DNA of 64,000 bases. It comes from a bacterium (GTDB lineage Bacteria > Patescibacteriota > Minisyncoccia > UBA6257 > UBA9933). Position numbers and translations under genes: made by a program. Location of the stretch: positions 331,870 to 395,869 of the forward strand of contig JAJYHZ010000001.1 of NCBI GenBank assembly GCA_021796335.1. Reading direction: 5' to 3'. Position 1 is the stretch's first letter. The number at the start of each line of letters is the position of its first letter. The notes under the pieces are model-generated. The model worked only from the letters and a program-made list of their open reading frames with translations. It was not told where the DNA came from and did no database searches. Below are positions 29,552 to 40,029 of this stretch, piece by piece.

Positions 29552-31459
29552 TTAAATGGTTTTTGGGTTGGATTCAACTAGGTAATCATTATGAACAAAA
29601 AACAGCCGGGCGGTATTCGCCAAAACAATTATCGAACTTACCTCATGGAATATTGCGGTCTGGAGTAATGTAATGACACCGAAAACAGCAAGAGCGCCTG
29701 CGATAACATGAATTGCCGTGGCTGAAATAAGATCCTGTTTTATGACTGAAATTATTCTTTTCGCATTATTGATTACTTCCGGAATTTTCAAAAGATTCTC
29801 TTCAACAAGCACGACATCCGCCGCATTAGTCGCAATATCCGTCCCGCGCACTCCCATTGCTATTCCGACAGCAGCCGCGGAAAGAGCGGGAGCGTCGTTA
29901 ATTCCGTCTCCGACCATAATCGCATGCTCATTTTTCAACTCCATCTCGTGAATCCGTGAAATTTTGTCCTGAGGCGAAAGATTGGCCGCGACTGCAGACT
30001 TATCAAGTTTTAAAAGTTCCGAAATATAGTTTGCGACCATCCGGTCATCTCCCGTCAAAATATGCAAATCATATCCTTCATTTTTCAATATCTGGATTAC
30101 TTTTGGCGTTTCCGGCCGCAACATATCGGCTATGAATATTCCGCCCAAGAGTTCTCCGTTTTTTGAAACAAAAACCGGCGTTTCTCCGTTATTTTCCCGC
30201 TCTGCGGCAATATTTGTAAAATCCTTATTGAATGTCACACGCTGATTCTCCAGAAATTTTCTGCTTCCCACCGCAAATTTATCGCCGCTTCGTTCGGCGG
30301 TAAGACCTCCGCCTTTCACGGTATGAACCTCCGAAAATTCGTTAATGGCAATATTTTTTTGCTCCGCTTCGCGGATAATCGCCCGGGCAATTTCATGCTC
30401 TGATTTTTTCTCCATCCCGGCCGCAAGCGCCAAAAAATTATTCTCGGCGGCATAATTATTCTCGTTTATTAAAACAACGTCTCGAACTGATGGCAAACCA
30501 ACAGTCAATGTTCCGGTTTTATCAAAAACGATATGTTTAATTTTAGTAAGATCTTCTATGGTTTCGGAATTTTTTATAAGAATTCCGATTTTAGCCGCCG
30601 TACTTATTCCGATACTGGCGGAAACCGGACCAATAATGGCGAAAATAATCGGAACCATGGCAATCCAAAGTCCCAAAGCATGGAAAAGATTGCCGGTCAG
30701 AGCATATACCGCAATAACCAAAAATGCGGCAACAACGGAAGTATACTTTGCATATTGATCGATAAATCGCGCAATTGGCGCTTTTTCCCGTCCCGCCTCT
30801 TCGGCAATTTTCCTTATTTGAGAAATCGTGGAATTTTCCCCCACCCGGGTAGCCCGTACCTCAAAATAATCCCCGGCATTAATGGATCCCGCCGGAATCT
30901 CAACTCCTTTTGCGGCAGAAATCGGCCGTGATTCGCCGGAAATTACCGATTCATCAAGCAATGCGGCATCGGAAATCAGAATACCGTCCGCTGGAACGCG
31001 GCCACCCGGCCGCACAGCGATCGTATCGTTAATTTTAATACCGGCAATATCAATTTCCTTAATTTCCTCTCCTATCTTAATAAATCCGGTATGCGGAAGA
31101 TAAACCGTTATTTTTTCAAGAGATTTCCGCACCCTTTGCAGAATAATATCCTTAAAAAGATCTCCGAAAATCATAATAAGGACAAAAGCTGCGGCAATGG
31201 AAATGGAATTAAGATACACTAAAAGATATACGGTAAGCAGCATGGAAATGCCGATATCGAATCTTCGATGAAAAATATCTTTTAAAGCGTTCATTGCCCG
31301 CGGCCATAATGCGATCGTAAGAAAAATAAACCCCGGCCATTTAAGCGGTAAATGATAATGATTCGAAGCCGCGTATAACAGCAATATAACGGGAAATAAG
31401 GCTCTAATAAGGAAACTTAGAATTATTTTTTTCATCTTGAGATTTATTTCAGCTGCCAT
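29552..31459 (-). CDS. P1B-like P-type ATPase lacking the canonical CPx/CPC transmembrane metal-binding motif and any N-terminal metal-binding domain
   Basis: DKTGTLT, TGDD, GDGINDAPAL and a 6-TM heavy-metal-pump-like layout; the TM6 position has IIGPV instead of CPC/CPH/SPC and there are no HMA or His-rich segments. Confidence 0.7.
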   Translation of the reverse strand: MAAEINLKMKKIILSFLIRALFPVILLLYAASNHYHLPLKWPGFIFLTIALWPRAMNALKDIFHRRFDIGISMLLTVYLLVYLNSISIAAAFVLIMIFGDLFKDIILQRVRKSLEKITVYLPHTGFIKIGEEIKEIDIAGIKINDTIAVRPGGRVPADGILISDAALLDESVISGESRPISAAKGVEIPAGSINAGDYFEVRATRVGENSTISQIRKIAEEAGREKAPIARFIDQYAKYTSVVAAFLVIAVYALTGNLFHALGLWIAMVPIIFAIIGPVSASIGISTAAKIGILIKNSETIEDLTKIKHIVFDKTGTLTVGLPSVRDVVLINENNYAAENNFLALAAGMEKKSEHEIARAIIREAEQKNIAINEFSEVHTVKGGGLTAERSGDKFAVGSRKFLENQRVTFNKDFTNIAAERENNGETPVFVSKNGELLGGIFIADMLRPETPKVIQILKNEGYDLHILTGDDRMVANYISELLKLDKSAVAANLSPQDKISRIHEMELKNEHAIMVGDGINDAPALSAAAVGIAMGVRGTDIATNAADVVLVEENLLKIPEVINNAKRIISVIKQDLISATAIHVIAGALAVFGVITLLQTAIFHEVSSIIVLANTARLFFVHNDYLVESNPKTI

Positions 31460-31565
31460 AAAGCGTTCCCCGAGCTTACGCTTGAGGCATTGACTCTTTC
31501 AGACATTCGGCGGCAGGCGGCCGGAAATTCCGGCGCGCTTGCAAATTTTAGAATCATTGAAAAAT

Positions 31566-33992
31566 TTACGCAGTCGCAACATCGGGAACTTTCATAATCC
31601 AATAGGCTAGTAATTTTATCCGGTCATTGAAAAGAAACCATACAAGCGCATAAACCCACACAAAAAGTGCCCAACCCCAGCCGATTGGCGCCATAAATAT
31701 TCCGTAAACCGCGATAAAAGTGGCAACGGCTTGGGTAACGACAACTGCCCAAAACAATATTTTCGCCGGTCGCTTGGACCAGAACGGTCCTCGTGTGCGG
31801 GTAAGAAAAATAGTAAGATGCCCTGCCACAGAAAGCTTCAGGTACATAAGAGTCTGGATGTGCAATTTGTCGATATGGAATATCCGTTCGCCCAGATAAA
31901 AAAGTATAAACGTTGACACGACGCCAATCACGCCAAGCACGGTGGAAATACCAATAACTGTTTTCATTTCCCAGGCTTCCGGTTTTTTTTGATAATTAAC
32001 TTTGTCGTACGCAATGGAAAGAATCGCACCGTCGTTTAAAAGGGCAAGTATGACAATCATGATAGCCGTCACGGGATAAAAATTAAAAATAATAATGGAA
32101 AGAGTCATAAAGAAAAGCACACGCAAAGTCTCTGCCATTCGGTAAATCGCATAACTTTTCATTCGCTGAAAAATTTTTCGACTTTCTTTAATGGCATCGA
32201 TTATCACGGAAAGTCCCGGGGTAAGAAGAACAATTGACGCCGCTGCACGCGCGGCATCGGTTGCGCCGGAAACGGCAATTCCGCAATCCGCCCGCTTCAA
32301 AGCCGGAGCATCATTTACGCCATCGCCCGTCATTCCGACAATATGTCCGTGCTTTTGGAGAGCCCCCACTATGTTAAATTTATGTTCGGGGAATACCTGA
32401 GCGAATCCGTCCGCCTGCTCTATTTCATGAACGGTATTTTTATCTAAATCTTCACTGGTATTGGCGGATAATTCGCTCGCGTCAAAAAAATTTTCGCCCA
32501 TGCCCAGCTGCCTCGCTGTTTCTTTTGCGATTGCAAGCTGATCTCCCGTAACCATCTCCACTTTGACGCCCATATCGCGGGCAGTTGCAATGGTTTCCTT
32601 GGCGTCCAAACGTGGCGGGTCAAAAAGAGGCAGTATGCCTAAAAACTGCCATGCGCCTTCTTCATCCGTACGAGCAACGCCAAGCGAACGATACCCGCGC
32701 TTCGCGAATTCATCCACTGCTTCTTGCACGCGAAATTCAACCGCGCTTCTATTTTCCGCAAGCGCAAGAATTATCTGTACAGCTCCCATTGTTGTTTTAA
32801 AAATTTTTCCGTCCGGCGTTTTAACCGACGCCTCAGAACGCTTGCTTACCGGATCAAACGCCCGAAAATGAACGATCTCGTACGAATAAAGTTCGTTTTG
32901 ATTTTTTAGTCCGTTAATAACCGCGATATCTATAACGTCATTGTCTTCGGCTCGCGCGGCAAGAGCTCCCATAAGGACAATCTCTTCAGGGTTTAGATTG
33001 TTTAAGGTGAACGGCTCACCGAGCGTTAATGTATTTTGAGTAAGCGTTCCGGTTTTATCCGAACAAAGTGTGTCTATTCCGGCCAATTCTTCAATAGAAG
33101 AAAGTCTGCTTACAATTGCTTGCTTTTTGGCAAGAATCCGCGCACCAACCGCCATCGTAACTGAAAGAACAGTCGGCATTGCAACTGGAATTGCGGCAAT
33201 AAGCAAAACAAGGACAAATTCCAGAGTCGTCAAAAAAGGATCCCCTCTGAAAATAGCTATGCTAAGAATAAGCAGCACAAGAACCACGGCAAGAATAATA
33301 AGATAATTTCCTATTGCAATAACCGCACGCTGAAAATGGCTCATATCATGCGATTTCCCGGCAAGTTTTGCGGTTTTTCCAAAATAAGTTCGGCTGCCAG
33401 TTCCGTAAATAAACGCATCAATTTCACCGCGACGGACAATGGAACCGGAATAAACGGGGTCATTCGTGCTTCTGGTTACGGGAAGCGATTCGCCGGTAAG
33501 CGTGGACTGGTCCACTTCGATAGGATCGCCATCCAAAAGCCGCGAATCAGCCGGAATAATATCGCCGAGTCTTATGCGGATAACGTCTCCGGGAACAAGC
33601 AAACGCGCCTCTTTCGATATCCATTTTCCGTCACGCCTGACAAGCGCCTTAATCGCAAGTTTTGCCTTAAGCGCTTCGATTACGTTGCCCGCCTGGTATT
33701 CTTCAAAAAAACCTACTAATGCATTTGCGAAAAGCAAGACCAGAATGATAAAAAAGTCCGCCCAATGTCGTACGCCTGCCGACAGAATAAGAGCAGCTTC
33801 AATCATCCAAGGAATCGGCCCCCAGAAATAAGAAAAAAATTTAAAAAACGGATTCTGTTTTTTTTCTGCGATTTCATTCGGACCATATTCTGAAAACCGC
33901 TTTTCCGCTTCAGCAGAAGTAAGTCCGCCCGAAGTCGCGCCAAGCTCTCTTTCTAATTCGCTTAAAGATACCGATTGCGGATTATCAATCAT
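31566..33992 (-). CDS. P3A-type (plasma-membrane H+-ATPase-like) P-type ATPase
   Basis: 808 aa with the N-terminal GLTSAEAEKR..YGPNE signature of P3A pumps, CSDKTGTLT, MVTGDQ, GDGVNDAPALKRADCGIAV and 10 TM. Confidence 0.8.
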   Translation of the reverse strand: MIDNPQSVSLSELERELGATSGGLTSAEAEKRFSEYGPNEIAEKKQNPFFKFFSYFWGPIPWMIEAALILSAGVRHWADFFIILVLLFANALVGFFEEYQAGNVIEALKAKLAIKALVRRDGKWISKEARLLVPGDVIRIRLGDIIPADSRLLDGDPIEVDQSTLTGESLPVTRSTNDPVYSGSIVRRGEIDAFIYGTGSRTYFGKTAKLAGKSHDMSHFQRAVIAIGNYLIILAVVLVLLILSIAIFRGDPFLTTLEFVLVLLIAAIPVAMPTVLSVTMAVGARILAKKQAIVSRLSSIEELAGIDTLCSDKTGTLTQNTLTLGEPFTLNNLNPEEIVLMGALAARAEDNDVIDIAVINGLKNQNELYSYEIVHFRAFDPVSKRSEASVKTPDGKIFKTTMGAVQIILALAENRSAVEFRVQEAVDEFAKRGYRSLGVARTDEEGAWQFLGILPLFDPPRLDAKETIATARDMGVKVEMVTGDQLAIAKETARQLGMGENFFDASELSANTSEDLDKNTVHEIEQADGFAQVFPEHKFNIVGALQKHGHIVGMTGDGVNDAPALKRADCGIAVSGATDAARAAASIVLLTPGLSVIIDAIKESRKIFQRMKSYAIYRMAETLRVLFFMTLSIIIFNFYPVTAIMIVILALLNDGAILSIAYDKVNYQKKPEAWEMKTVIGISTVLGVIGVVSTFILFYLGERIFHIDKLHIQTLMYLKLSVAGHLTIFLTRTRGPFWSKRPAKILFWAVVVTQAVATFIAVYGIFMAPIGWGWALFVWVYALVWFLFNDRIKLLAYWIMKVPDVATA

Positions 33993-34058
33993 ATCTTTAA
34001 ATTATAGTTCTTGAAAAATAAATTTCAATTTGTCAAAATCCTCTCAAAAAATAAAATG

Positions 34059-35807
34059 CTATTTTGTAACCGAAGAATTATTCATCGATTGCAAATTCCA
34101 AAAATTTCTATAAACACTGTTTTGTTTGTCTAATAAATCTTGATGATTCCCGATTTCCACGATCTTGCCTCTCTCTAAAATGATTATTTTATCCGCATTC
34201 ATAACAGTGCTCAACCTGTGCGCTATTATAAAAGTGGTCCTATTTTTAATTAATCTTTCCAAAGCTTCTTGAACCAATTTTTCGGAAACCGAATCCAGCG
34301 AAGAAGTGGCTTCATCTAAAATGAGAAATTTGGGGTTGCGCAAGATTGCCCTTGCAATCGCAATTCTCTGTTTTTGCCCACCTGAAAGTTTTATTCCTCT
34401 TTCTCCGACTATTTGATTGTACTTTTTCGGGAAACTTTTAATAAAACTATCTGCATTTGCCGCCCGAGCCGCTGCCACGATTTCTTCAGTCGTCGCTTTC
34501 GGATTCCCGTATTTGATATTATTTTTAATCGTATCATTAAATAAAATAATCTCCTGAGGGACTAAGACCATATTACTTCTCAACGACTTAAGGGTAATTT
34601 TTCTGATATCTTTCCCATCAATTAAAATTTTTCCGGAATTAGGCAAATAATATCTGCCCAGCAAACGGGCCAAAGTTGATTTCCCCACTCCGCTTTTCCC
34701 TACAATTGCCGCGGTCTCTCCGGAATTTATTTTAAAAGATACATTGTTTAAAATCGGTTTTTTCTTCTTATACCCAAAACTGACATTTTCAAAAATAACT
34801 TCTCCCTTCATCTCGCTCAAATCTTTTGCTCCCGGAAAATTTTTTTCTTTCAAAACGTCGTAATATTGGGCAGCCTTCTTTACACTCAAAACACCCACTC
34901 TGGCCAAACGATATTGTTCCGCCAATTGTGACAACGGCGAGAAAATGAATCCAATATACCCTATAAACATAACCAATGTCCCTGGAGTAAGGGAGTTATT
35001 TCTCAACATAAAAACGCTTATTGAAAAAATAGAAACAAAACTGAAACTGAAAATCACCCTTTGCCAAGCATTCATTTTATGCCAAATCATCAGCCACCTC
35101 ATATAAGTCTGTCCCACAGCATTAAATCCCCTGGAATTTTTCTGCCTTTCATATCTTTCAGTTACCGCCGCTTTAACCGATTCCGTATTCAAAACAACAT
35201 CGTAAATATTTCCATAAACACGGTCCCATCCTTGATTAATGGTTTTTTGATTTTTGACTATTTCTTTTGTGTATTGAAATGTCACTAAAACATACAAAAA
35301 TCCGGAAATTAATAAAATCAAACTTAATTTCCACTGCACAAAAATAAGAATAATCAATCCAACAATTAAAGAAACCATTCCCGGCAAGAAATTGAATAAC
35401 GTTCTTTCAATCAAGGCTGAAAGTTGATCCATTCCCCTGTCAATTCTTTTTAAAACTTCTCCGATCTTTTTCTCTTTATGAAATTTTAAAGGCACCTCGG
35501 TTAGATGAGAGTAGAGATCAACGTACATTTCATTGGAAACGTCATTTGCTATTTCCGAAGCAATCCTCTTCGTCCATAAATCCAACCAATCGCCCAGAAG
35601 CGACAAAAAAAGCCAGACCGCAATAATTCCGAATATCAAATCTAAAGAAGAGCTCGGTTTTATAGCAATATCAACCAATTTCCCGTAAAGATAAGGGATA
35701 AAAGCCGTTATGGCGCTTACGAATAAAGCGGCAAAAATCCCCCGGAAAAACTTCCTTTTTTCGATCCTTTCCCATATTAAATTGAATTCTTTGGGAAGTT
35801 TTACCAT
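34059..35807 (-). CDS. ABC exporter, fused permease-ATPase (MsbA/type I exporter-like)
   Basis: 6 N-terminal TM plus NBD: GKSGVGKST, LSGGQKQRIAIARAIL, ILDEATSSLD. Confidence 0.85.
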   Translation of the reverse strand: MVKLPKEFNLIWERIEKRKFFRGIFAALFVSAITAFIPYLYGKLVDIAIKPSSSLDLIFGIIAVWLFLSLLGDWLDLWTKRIASEIANDVSNEMYVDLYSHLTEVPLKFHKEKKIGEVLKRIDRGMDQLSALIERTLFNFLPGMVSLIVGLIILIFVQWKLSLILLISGFLYVLVTFQYTKEIVKNQKTINQGWDRVYGNIYDVVLNTESVKAAVTERYERQKNSRGFNAVGQTYMRWLMIWHKMNAWQRVIFSFSFVSIFSISVFMLRNNSLTPGTLVMFIGYIGFIFSPLSQLAEQYRLARVGVLSVKKAAQYYDVLKEKNFPGAKDLSEMKGEVIFENVSFGYKKKKPILNNVSFKINSGETAAIVGKSGVGKSTLARLLGRYYLPNSGKILIDGKDIRKITLKSLRSNMVLVPQEIILFNDTIKNNIKYGNPKATTEEIVAAARAANADSFIKSFPKKYNQIVGERGIKLSGGQKQRIAIARAILRNPKFLILDEATSSLDSVSEKLVQEALERLIKNRTTFIIAHRLSTVMNADKIIILERGKIVEIGNHQDLLDKQNSVYRNFWNLQSMNNSSVTK

Positions 35808-35930
35808 AAAATTAAAAAGCGACTAATAAATAATCGCTATTTAACGAATATTAAATTATACCACAAAGAATATAATAGTCAATCGAAAGGTAAATAATGC
35901 CTTTCGGTTATTTTGGAGGCCCGATTTATT

Positions 35931-36731
35931 CTAACTTATTATATGCCATTTTTTTACCTCAGCTTCTCGGGTTAATTTGTTATTTCTATTTACAACTGCT
36001 TTGATTTTTGAATATTCAAGCATTGGCAGATCATTCATGCTATCGCCCACTCCGATCAATGGCTTTGATTCACTGTCTATATAGCGCTTAATGCAATCAA
36101 CTTTGCCGATTCCCAGCGTAAATGGCTCTATGAAATCATCTATAAAAATTCCGTTTTCTTTCTTTAACCTCATGCCTATGCAATCCGCCGATAAGTTATA
36201 ATATTTTAAAGCAGCTTTTATAACCGGCTCCGAAGATGCCGTTATAACATAAACCCTTATCCTTTTGGAAATGATATTGCTCATCAAATTAATCACATTT
36301 TTTCTAATAACCAGTCCTTTTGCGATTTCGACTCCGAAAAGATTACCTCTGACTGGAATATTGCCCTCGGATTTGATTGTTGCAACGGTTAATTTTGCGA
36401 CATCTTCTTCCGTAAATCCTGCCAAGGTCCTGACCGCGTATTTATAAGAATCTGTAAATCCATCCTTGAGAAGATCATGATATTTAAGAAAAACTTGTTT
36501 ATGATAATCTTCTCTATTTTCGGCCAATGAGCAATTCTCAACCAATTTGCCGTTCTTTATTAAAGAATTCCTGCACATATAAGCAAGCAAGGCCTCTTGG
36601 ACGTCATTCACTATGCAACTGTTATCAAAATCAAAAACCGCGAAATTCTCTCCAGTTATATTTTTCTGAAGCTCTTTTTTAATATCTTCTGATATGGAAG
36701 TTAAAATGTCATTCATCTTATAATCAGCCAT
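35931..36731 (-). CDS. HAD-IB family hydrolase (phosphoserine-phosphatase-like)
   Basis: Motif I FDFDNS, motif IV GVGDSMNDLPML. Confidence 0.6.
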   Translation of the reverse strand: MADYKMNDILTSISEDIKKELQKNITGENFAVFDFDNSCIVNDVQEALLAYMCRNSLIKNGKLVENCSLAENREDYHKQVFLKYHDLLKDGFTDSYKYAVRTLAGFTEEDVAKLTVATIKSEGNIPVRGNLFGVEIAKGLVIRKNVINLMSNIISKRIRVYVITASSEPVIKAALKYYNLSADCIGMRLKKENGIFIDDFIEPFTLGIGKVDCIKRYIDSESKPLIGVGDSMNDLPMLEYSKIKAVVNRNNKLTREAEVKKWHIIS

Positions 36732-36764
36732 ACGCTATTTATATTATTGCTATTAGCCGATCAG

Positions 36765-37340
36765 CTATTTCGTCTTCACCCCCTGATCCCAATAAAATCC
36801 GGGAATAAAAATGGAGACTTGAGCGTTTTTTCTGGCATTATTCAACCAATCGTTTATGTTGCTTCCCCCCATTGCCAGCCGTCCGTCCAAAATTTCTTCT
36901 TTGGCCTGAGGAATTAATACGTAATCTTTGAACTCATAATTGGATAAACCGTATAAAATTTCCGTTCCTTGTTTAAGACTTTGATCATCCAAATTTATGT
37001 TGCTTAATTTATTGTCCAGAATTTGATTCAAATCATTTGAAGAAATTCGTTTGGCTAATTCTTGGTCAATCAGAGAATCATCTACCATGGAATCCAAAGT
37101 TGCTCTTTTTATCTCATTTTGAGAACCGCTGGAATCCAAAATCTTCAGATCTTTATTTTCTATCTTTAAATCGTTTTGGTAAAAATGCCGGGCAATGTCG
37201 TAATTGCGGGAAAATTGATAAAAGAAAATGGGCTTTCCATTTACCGTCGCAACCGGCCAATAACCGACAAAAACCAAGATTAAAATAACCGCCAAAACGA
37301 CTAAACCTATTATTATTGAAATTTGTTTAATGGACATCAA
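36765..37340 (-). CDS. Membrane-anchored hypothetical protein (SurA-N-like chaperone region?)
   Basis: 191-aa ORF with N-terminal TM; weak resemblance only. Confidence 0.35.
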   Translation of the reverse strand: MMSIKQISIIIGLVVLAVILILVFVGYWPVATVNGKPIFFYQFSRNYDIARHFYQNDLKIENKDLKILDSSGSQNEIKRATLDSMVDDSLIDQELAKRISSNDLNQILDNKLSNINLDDQSLKQGTEILYGLSNYEFKDYVLIPQAKEEILDGRLAMGGSNINDWLNNARKNAQVSIFIPGFYWDQGVKTK

Positions 37341-37395
37341 AAAATAGTTAATGAGTTCGCGTGTTAACGGATTATTTTAAATTTATTAATAACCC

Positions 37396-37656
37396 TTACT
37401 GGGTGATAATCATCATTTGTTCATCCGGCTTTTTGTAGTTGAATTTCGATCTTAGTTCCTTTTCTAAATTTTGAGGGTTGGAGAAATAATCGACTTGCGC
37501 CTTTAAATCCGCATTCTCTTTTTGAATAGAATTGTATTCATCCGTCATTTGCGTAAGATCGTTCTTTAATTTCTGTTCTTGTCGGAATGTGATAATCGTT
37601 TGCGCAAGTAATGCCCCCGCAAAAATAACCAATATCGCAAAAATAACTTTTTTCAT
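37396..37656 (-). CDS. Septum formation initiator FtsB/DivIC-like
   Basis: 86 aa with N-terminal TM followed by a coiled coil (KLKNDLTQMTDEYNSIQKENADLKAQVDYF); DivIC-like size. Confidence 0.5.
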   Translation of the reverse strand: MKKVIFAILVIFAGALLAQTIITFRQEQKLKNDLTQMTDEYNSIQKENADLKAQVDYFSNPQNLEKELRSKFNYKKPDEQMMIITQ

Positions 37657-37680
37657 TCCGTTTATTATATAACAGCCGCA

Positions 37681-39465
37681 TCACTTCTTCAAAAGTTCCT
37701 TGAATACTTCCGCAGAAATATTTACTTTTGCCATTCCCAGCAGTTTTTTCTTTCCTTCCTTCTGTTTTTTCCATAATTTCATTTTTCTCGTCCTATCTCC
37801 CCCGTACAGATATCCCGTCACGTCCTTCCTCATGGCCGGAATCGTTTCCCGAGCGATGATTCTTGATCCGTTAACGACCTGAATCGCTTGAAGAAATTGC
37901 TGCTGAGGCAACAACCTTTTCAATCTCTCCGCCATTTGTCTGGCTTCGTATTCCATTTCCGATTTCGGAACGATGCGCGAAAGACCGGTTACCATATCGC
38001 CTGCCACTAAAACATCGATTCTCGCCAAATCCGCTTTTTTATAATCGCTTAATTGGTAGCTGAAAGAAGCGAACCCATGCGTTGCCGATTTCATCTGATC
38101 GTCGAAATCCGAAATTAATTCCACCAAAGGCATTTGCGTTTTTATTAAAATCCTTTCTCCTATGTTTTCCGTTTCCAAATTCCCCATCCTGAAAACATCT
38201 TTCAACTTCAAAATGCTCCCAAGATAAACTGCCGGAGTCAAAATTTCCAAATCAATCATCGGTTCCCAAATCTCTTCATATTCAGCCGGCAAATCTCCCG
38301 GTTTATCTATTGTGATAAATTTATTTCTCGCTTTTACGTTGTATGAAACCGAAGGAAAAGAATTCACCGTCCGTACATTAAATTCTTTTTCCAGCCTTTG
38401 GCTCGTAATTTCAAAATGAAGCTTTCCCAAAAATCCAACTTTAAATCCGCGCCCCAAAACTTCGTTTGCATCCGGTTCTATTTTTAATGCCGGATCGTTT
38501 AATCTTAATTTTTGGAAAGATTTTTTTAATTCTTCGTATTTATCTCCTTCGTTCGGAAAAAAGGATACAAAAACCCTTGCCTGCGGCTCTTCGTATCCGC
38601 CAATAGCCTCGTCTCCGATCGTATCTCCGATTTTCAACTTATCCGGATCTTTTATTCCCGTCGCGATGTATCCGATATCTCCGGCCTCGATTTTATTTTC
38701 CGCTTTCATTTGCGGGCTGAAATATCCAATTTCTTTTATTTTTATTTTTGCATTTGCCGCAATCAGTTTTGTATCCTGATGAGCCCTGAATTCTCCGCCG
38801 AAGACCCTCACAAAAGCGATTATTCCCTTGTGATCGTCATAAAGCGAATCAAACACCAATGCAGAATTTTTATAATTTTTTCCTTCGGCATTCCGCGTTC
38901 TTTCGGCATATTTCTGCGACAACGCAGGAGCGGGAATTTTTTCAATAATGCCCCGCAATAAATCTTCAACCCCGGCTCCGGTTTTTCCGGAAATCCTATA
39001 AATTTCATTTTCTTCGCAACCGATTAATTTTGCGGTTTCTTTAATGATTTCGTTAAGTTGCACCGGATTAAGATCAATTTTATTCACTGCGCCGATTATT
39101 TTTAATCCAGCCTTTTTCGCCATCTCAAAATTCGCCAAAGTTTGCGCTTGAATTCCCTGAGTCGCGTCTACCAGCAAAACCACCCCTTCCACGGCCTTAA
39201 AAGACCGCGAAACCTCATACCCGAAATCCGGATGCCCGGGAGTATCAATCAGATTCAGAATATATCCATCATAAACCATCCTGACAGGAGTCATTTTTAT
39301 CGTAATTCCTCTTTCCCTCTCCAATTCCAACGAATCCAAAAATTGATCCTTCATTTCTCTTGGCTCAACTGTTTTGGTTATTTCCAACATTCTATCTGCT
39401 AATGTAGATTTTCCATGATCAATATGCGCGATAATGCAAAAATTCCGAATATTTTCTAAAATCAT
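37681..39465 (-). CDS. lepA: Elongation factor 4 (LepA)
   Basis: NFCIIAHIDHGKSTLADR G1, DTPGH G3 and LepA C-terminal domain; 594 aa. Confidence 0.9.
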   Translation of the reverse strand: MILENIRNFCIIAHIDHGKSTLADRMLEITKTVEPREMKDQFLDSLELERERGITIKMTPVRMVYDGYILNLIDTPGHPDFGYEVSRSFKAVEGVVLLVDATQGIQAQTLANFEMAKKAGLKIIGAVNKIDLNPVQLNEIIKETAKLIGCEENEIYRISGKTGAGVEDLLRGIIEKIPAPALSQKYAERTRNAEGKNYKNSALVFDSLYDDHKGIIAFVRVFGGEFRAHQDTKLIAANAKIKIKEIGYFSPQMKAENKIEAGDIGYIATGIKDPDKLKIGDTIGDEAIGGYEEPQARVFVSFFPNEGDKYEELKKSFQKLRLNDPALKIEPDANEVLGRGFKVGFLGKLHFEITSQRLEKEFNVRTVNSFPSVSYNVKARNKFITIDKPGDLPAEYEEIWEPMIDLEILTPAVYLGSILKLKDVFRMGNLETENIGERILIKTQMPLVELISDFDDQMKSATHGFASFSYQLSDYKKADLARIDVLVAGDMVTGLSRIVPKSEMEYEARQMAERLKRLLPQQQFLQAIQVVNGSRIIARETIPAMRKDVTGYLYGGDRTRKMKLWKKQKEGKKKLLGMAKVNISAEVFKELLKK

Positions 39466-39556
39466 TTTAAAAAATCCTCTGCAAGAGGATAAAAATTCAT
39501 CTGTTATTTATTAATCATGCCCTAAAAACCCTGCCTTGACAAGAGAGAGAGAAGAT

Positions 39557-39874
39557 ATGATGTATTATAAAGGTAATCAAAAAATTAATAAATCTTTTAT
39601 GGAAAAATACGAATCGCCTTTCGAAGGAGATAAAAAAGCAGAAGAAATAATGGCTGAAGGAGAAAGGAAAATGAGCGAGTAAAGAAAAGATGCTTATTAC
39701 AACGGTTTTCGTATGGGGTTTGAAAAGGGGGTATCAAGGTTTACTGACGAAATTAAAAATAAAACAGAAGGAGAAAGAAAATTGCACCTTAATGATAGAA
39801 TTGAAATTGGAATGAATAGCGACAATACAATAAAGGAAGAGTCCGTCGAGTTAATCATCTCACCGGAGATATAG
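39557..39874 (+). pseudogene. Purine-rich 105-codon frame interrupted by an in-frame TAA (39680-39682); two tandem paralogous mini-ORFs (41 aa + ~53 aa) or a disrupted small gene
   Basis: Strong GAGAGAGAAG RBS before the ATG; halves share YY.G....F.EK......EGERK. Confidence 0.25.
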
Positions 39875-39964
39875 TTATTGATGTCGCGAACAACCGTCCT
39901 TTTCATGATAATGAAATAGAGATAAACATAAAGAAGATTACAAAAATAAGGCACTTAAAAAATA

Positions 39965-40002
39965 AATAAAAAAAGAATCGGACATTGTCCGATTCTTTTT
40001 GC
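39965..40002. terminator. Bidirectional terminator (GAAUCGGAC-AUU-GUCCGAUUC flanked by A7/U5)
   Basis: 9-bp stem between A- and T-runs. Confidence 0.6.
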
Positions 40003-40029
40003 TAACATCTAATTTCTAAAAACTAACAA

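Noticed and set aside
39697-39954. 85-aa minus-strand ORF between lepA and the Mur-ligase-like gene
   Set aside because: Antisense to the purine-rich mini-ORF region; hydrophobic low-complexity translation; no RBS.
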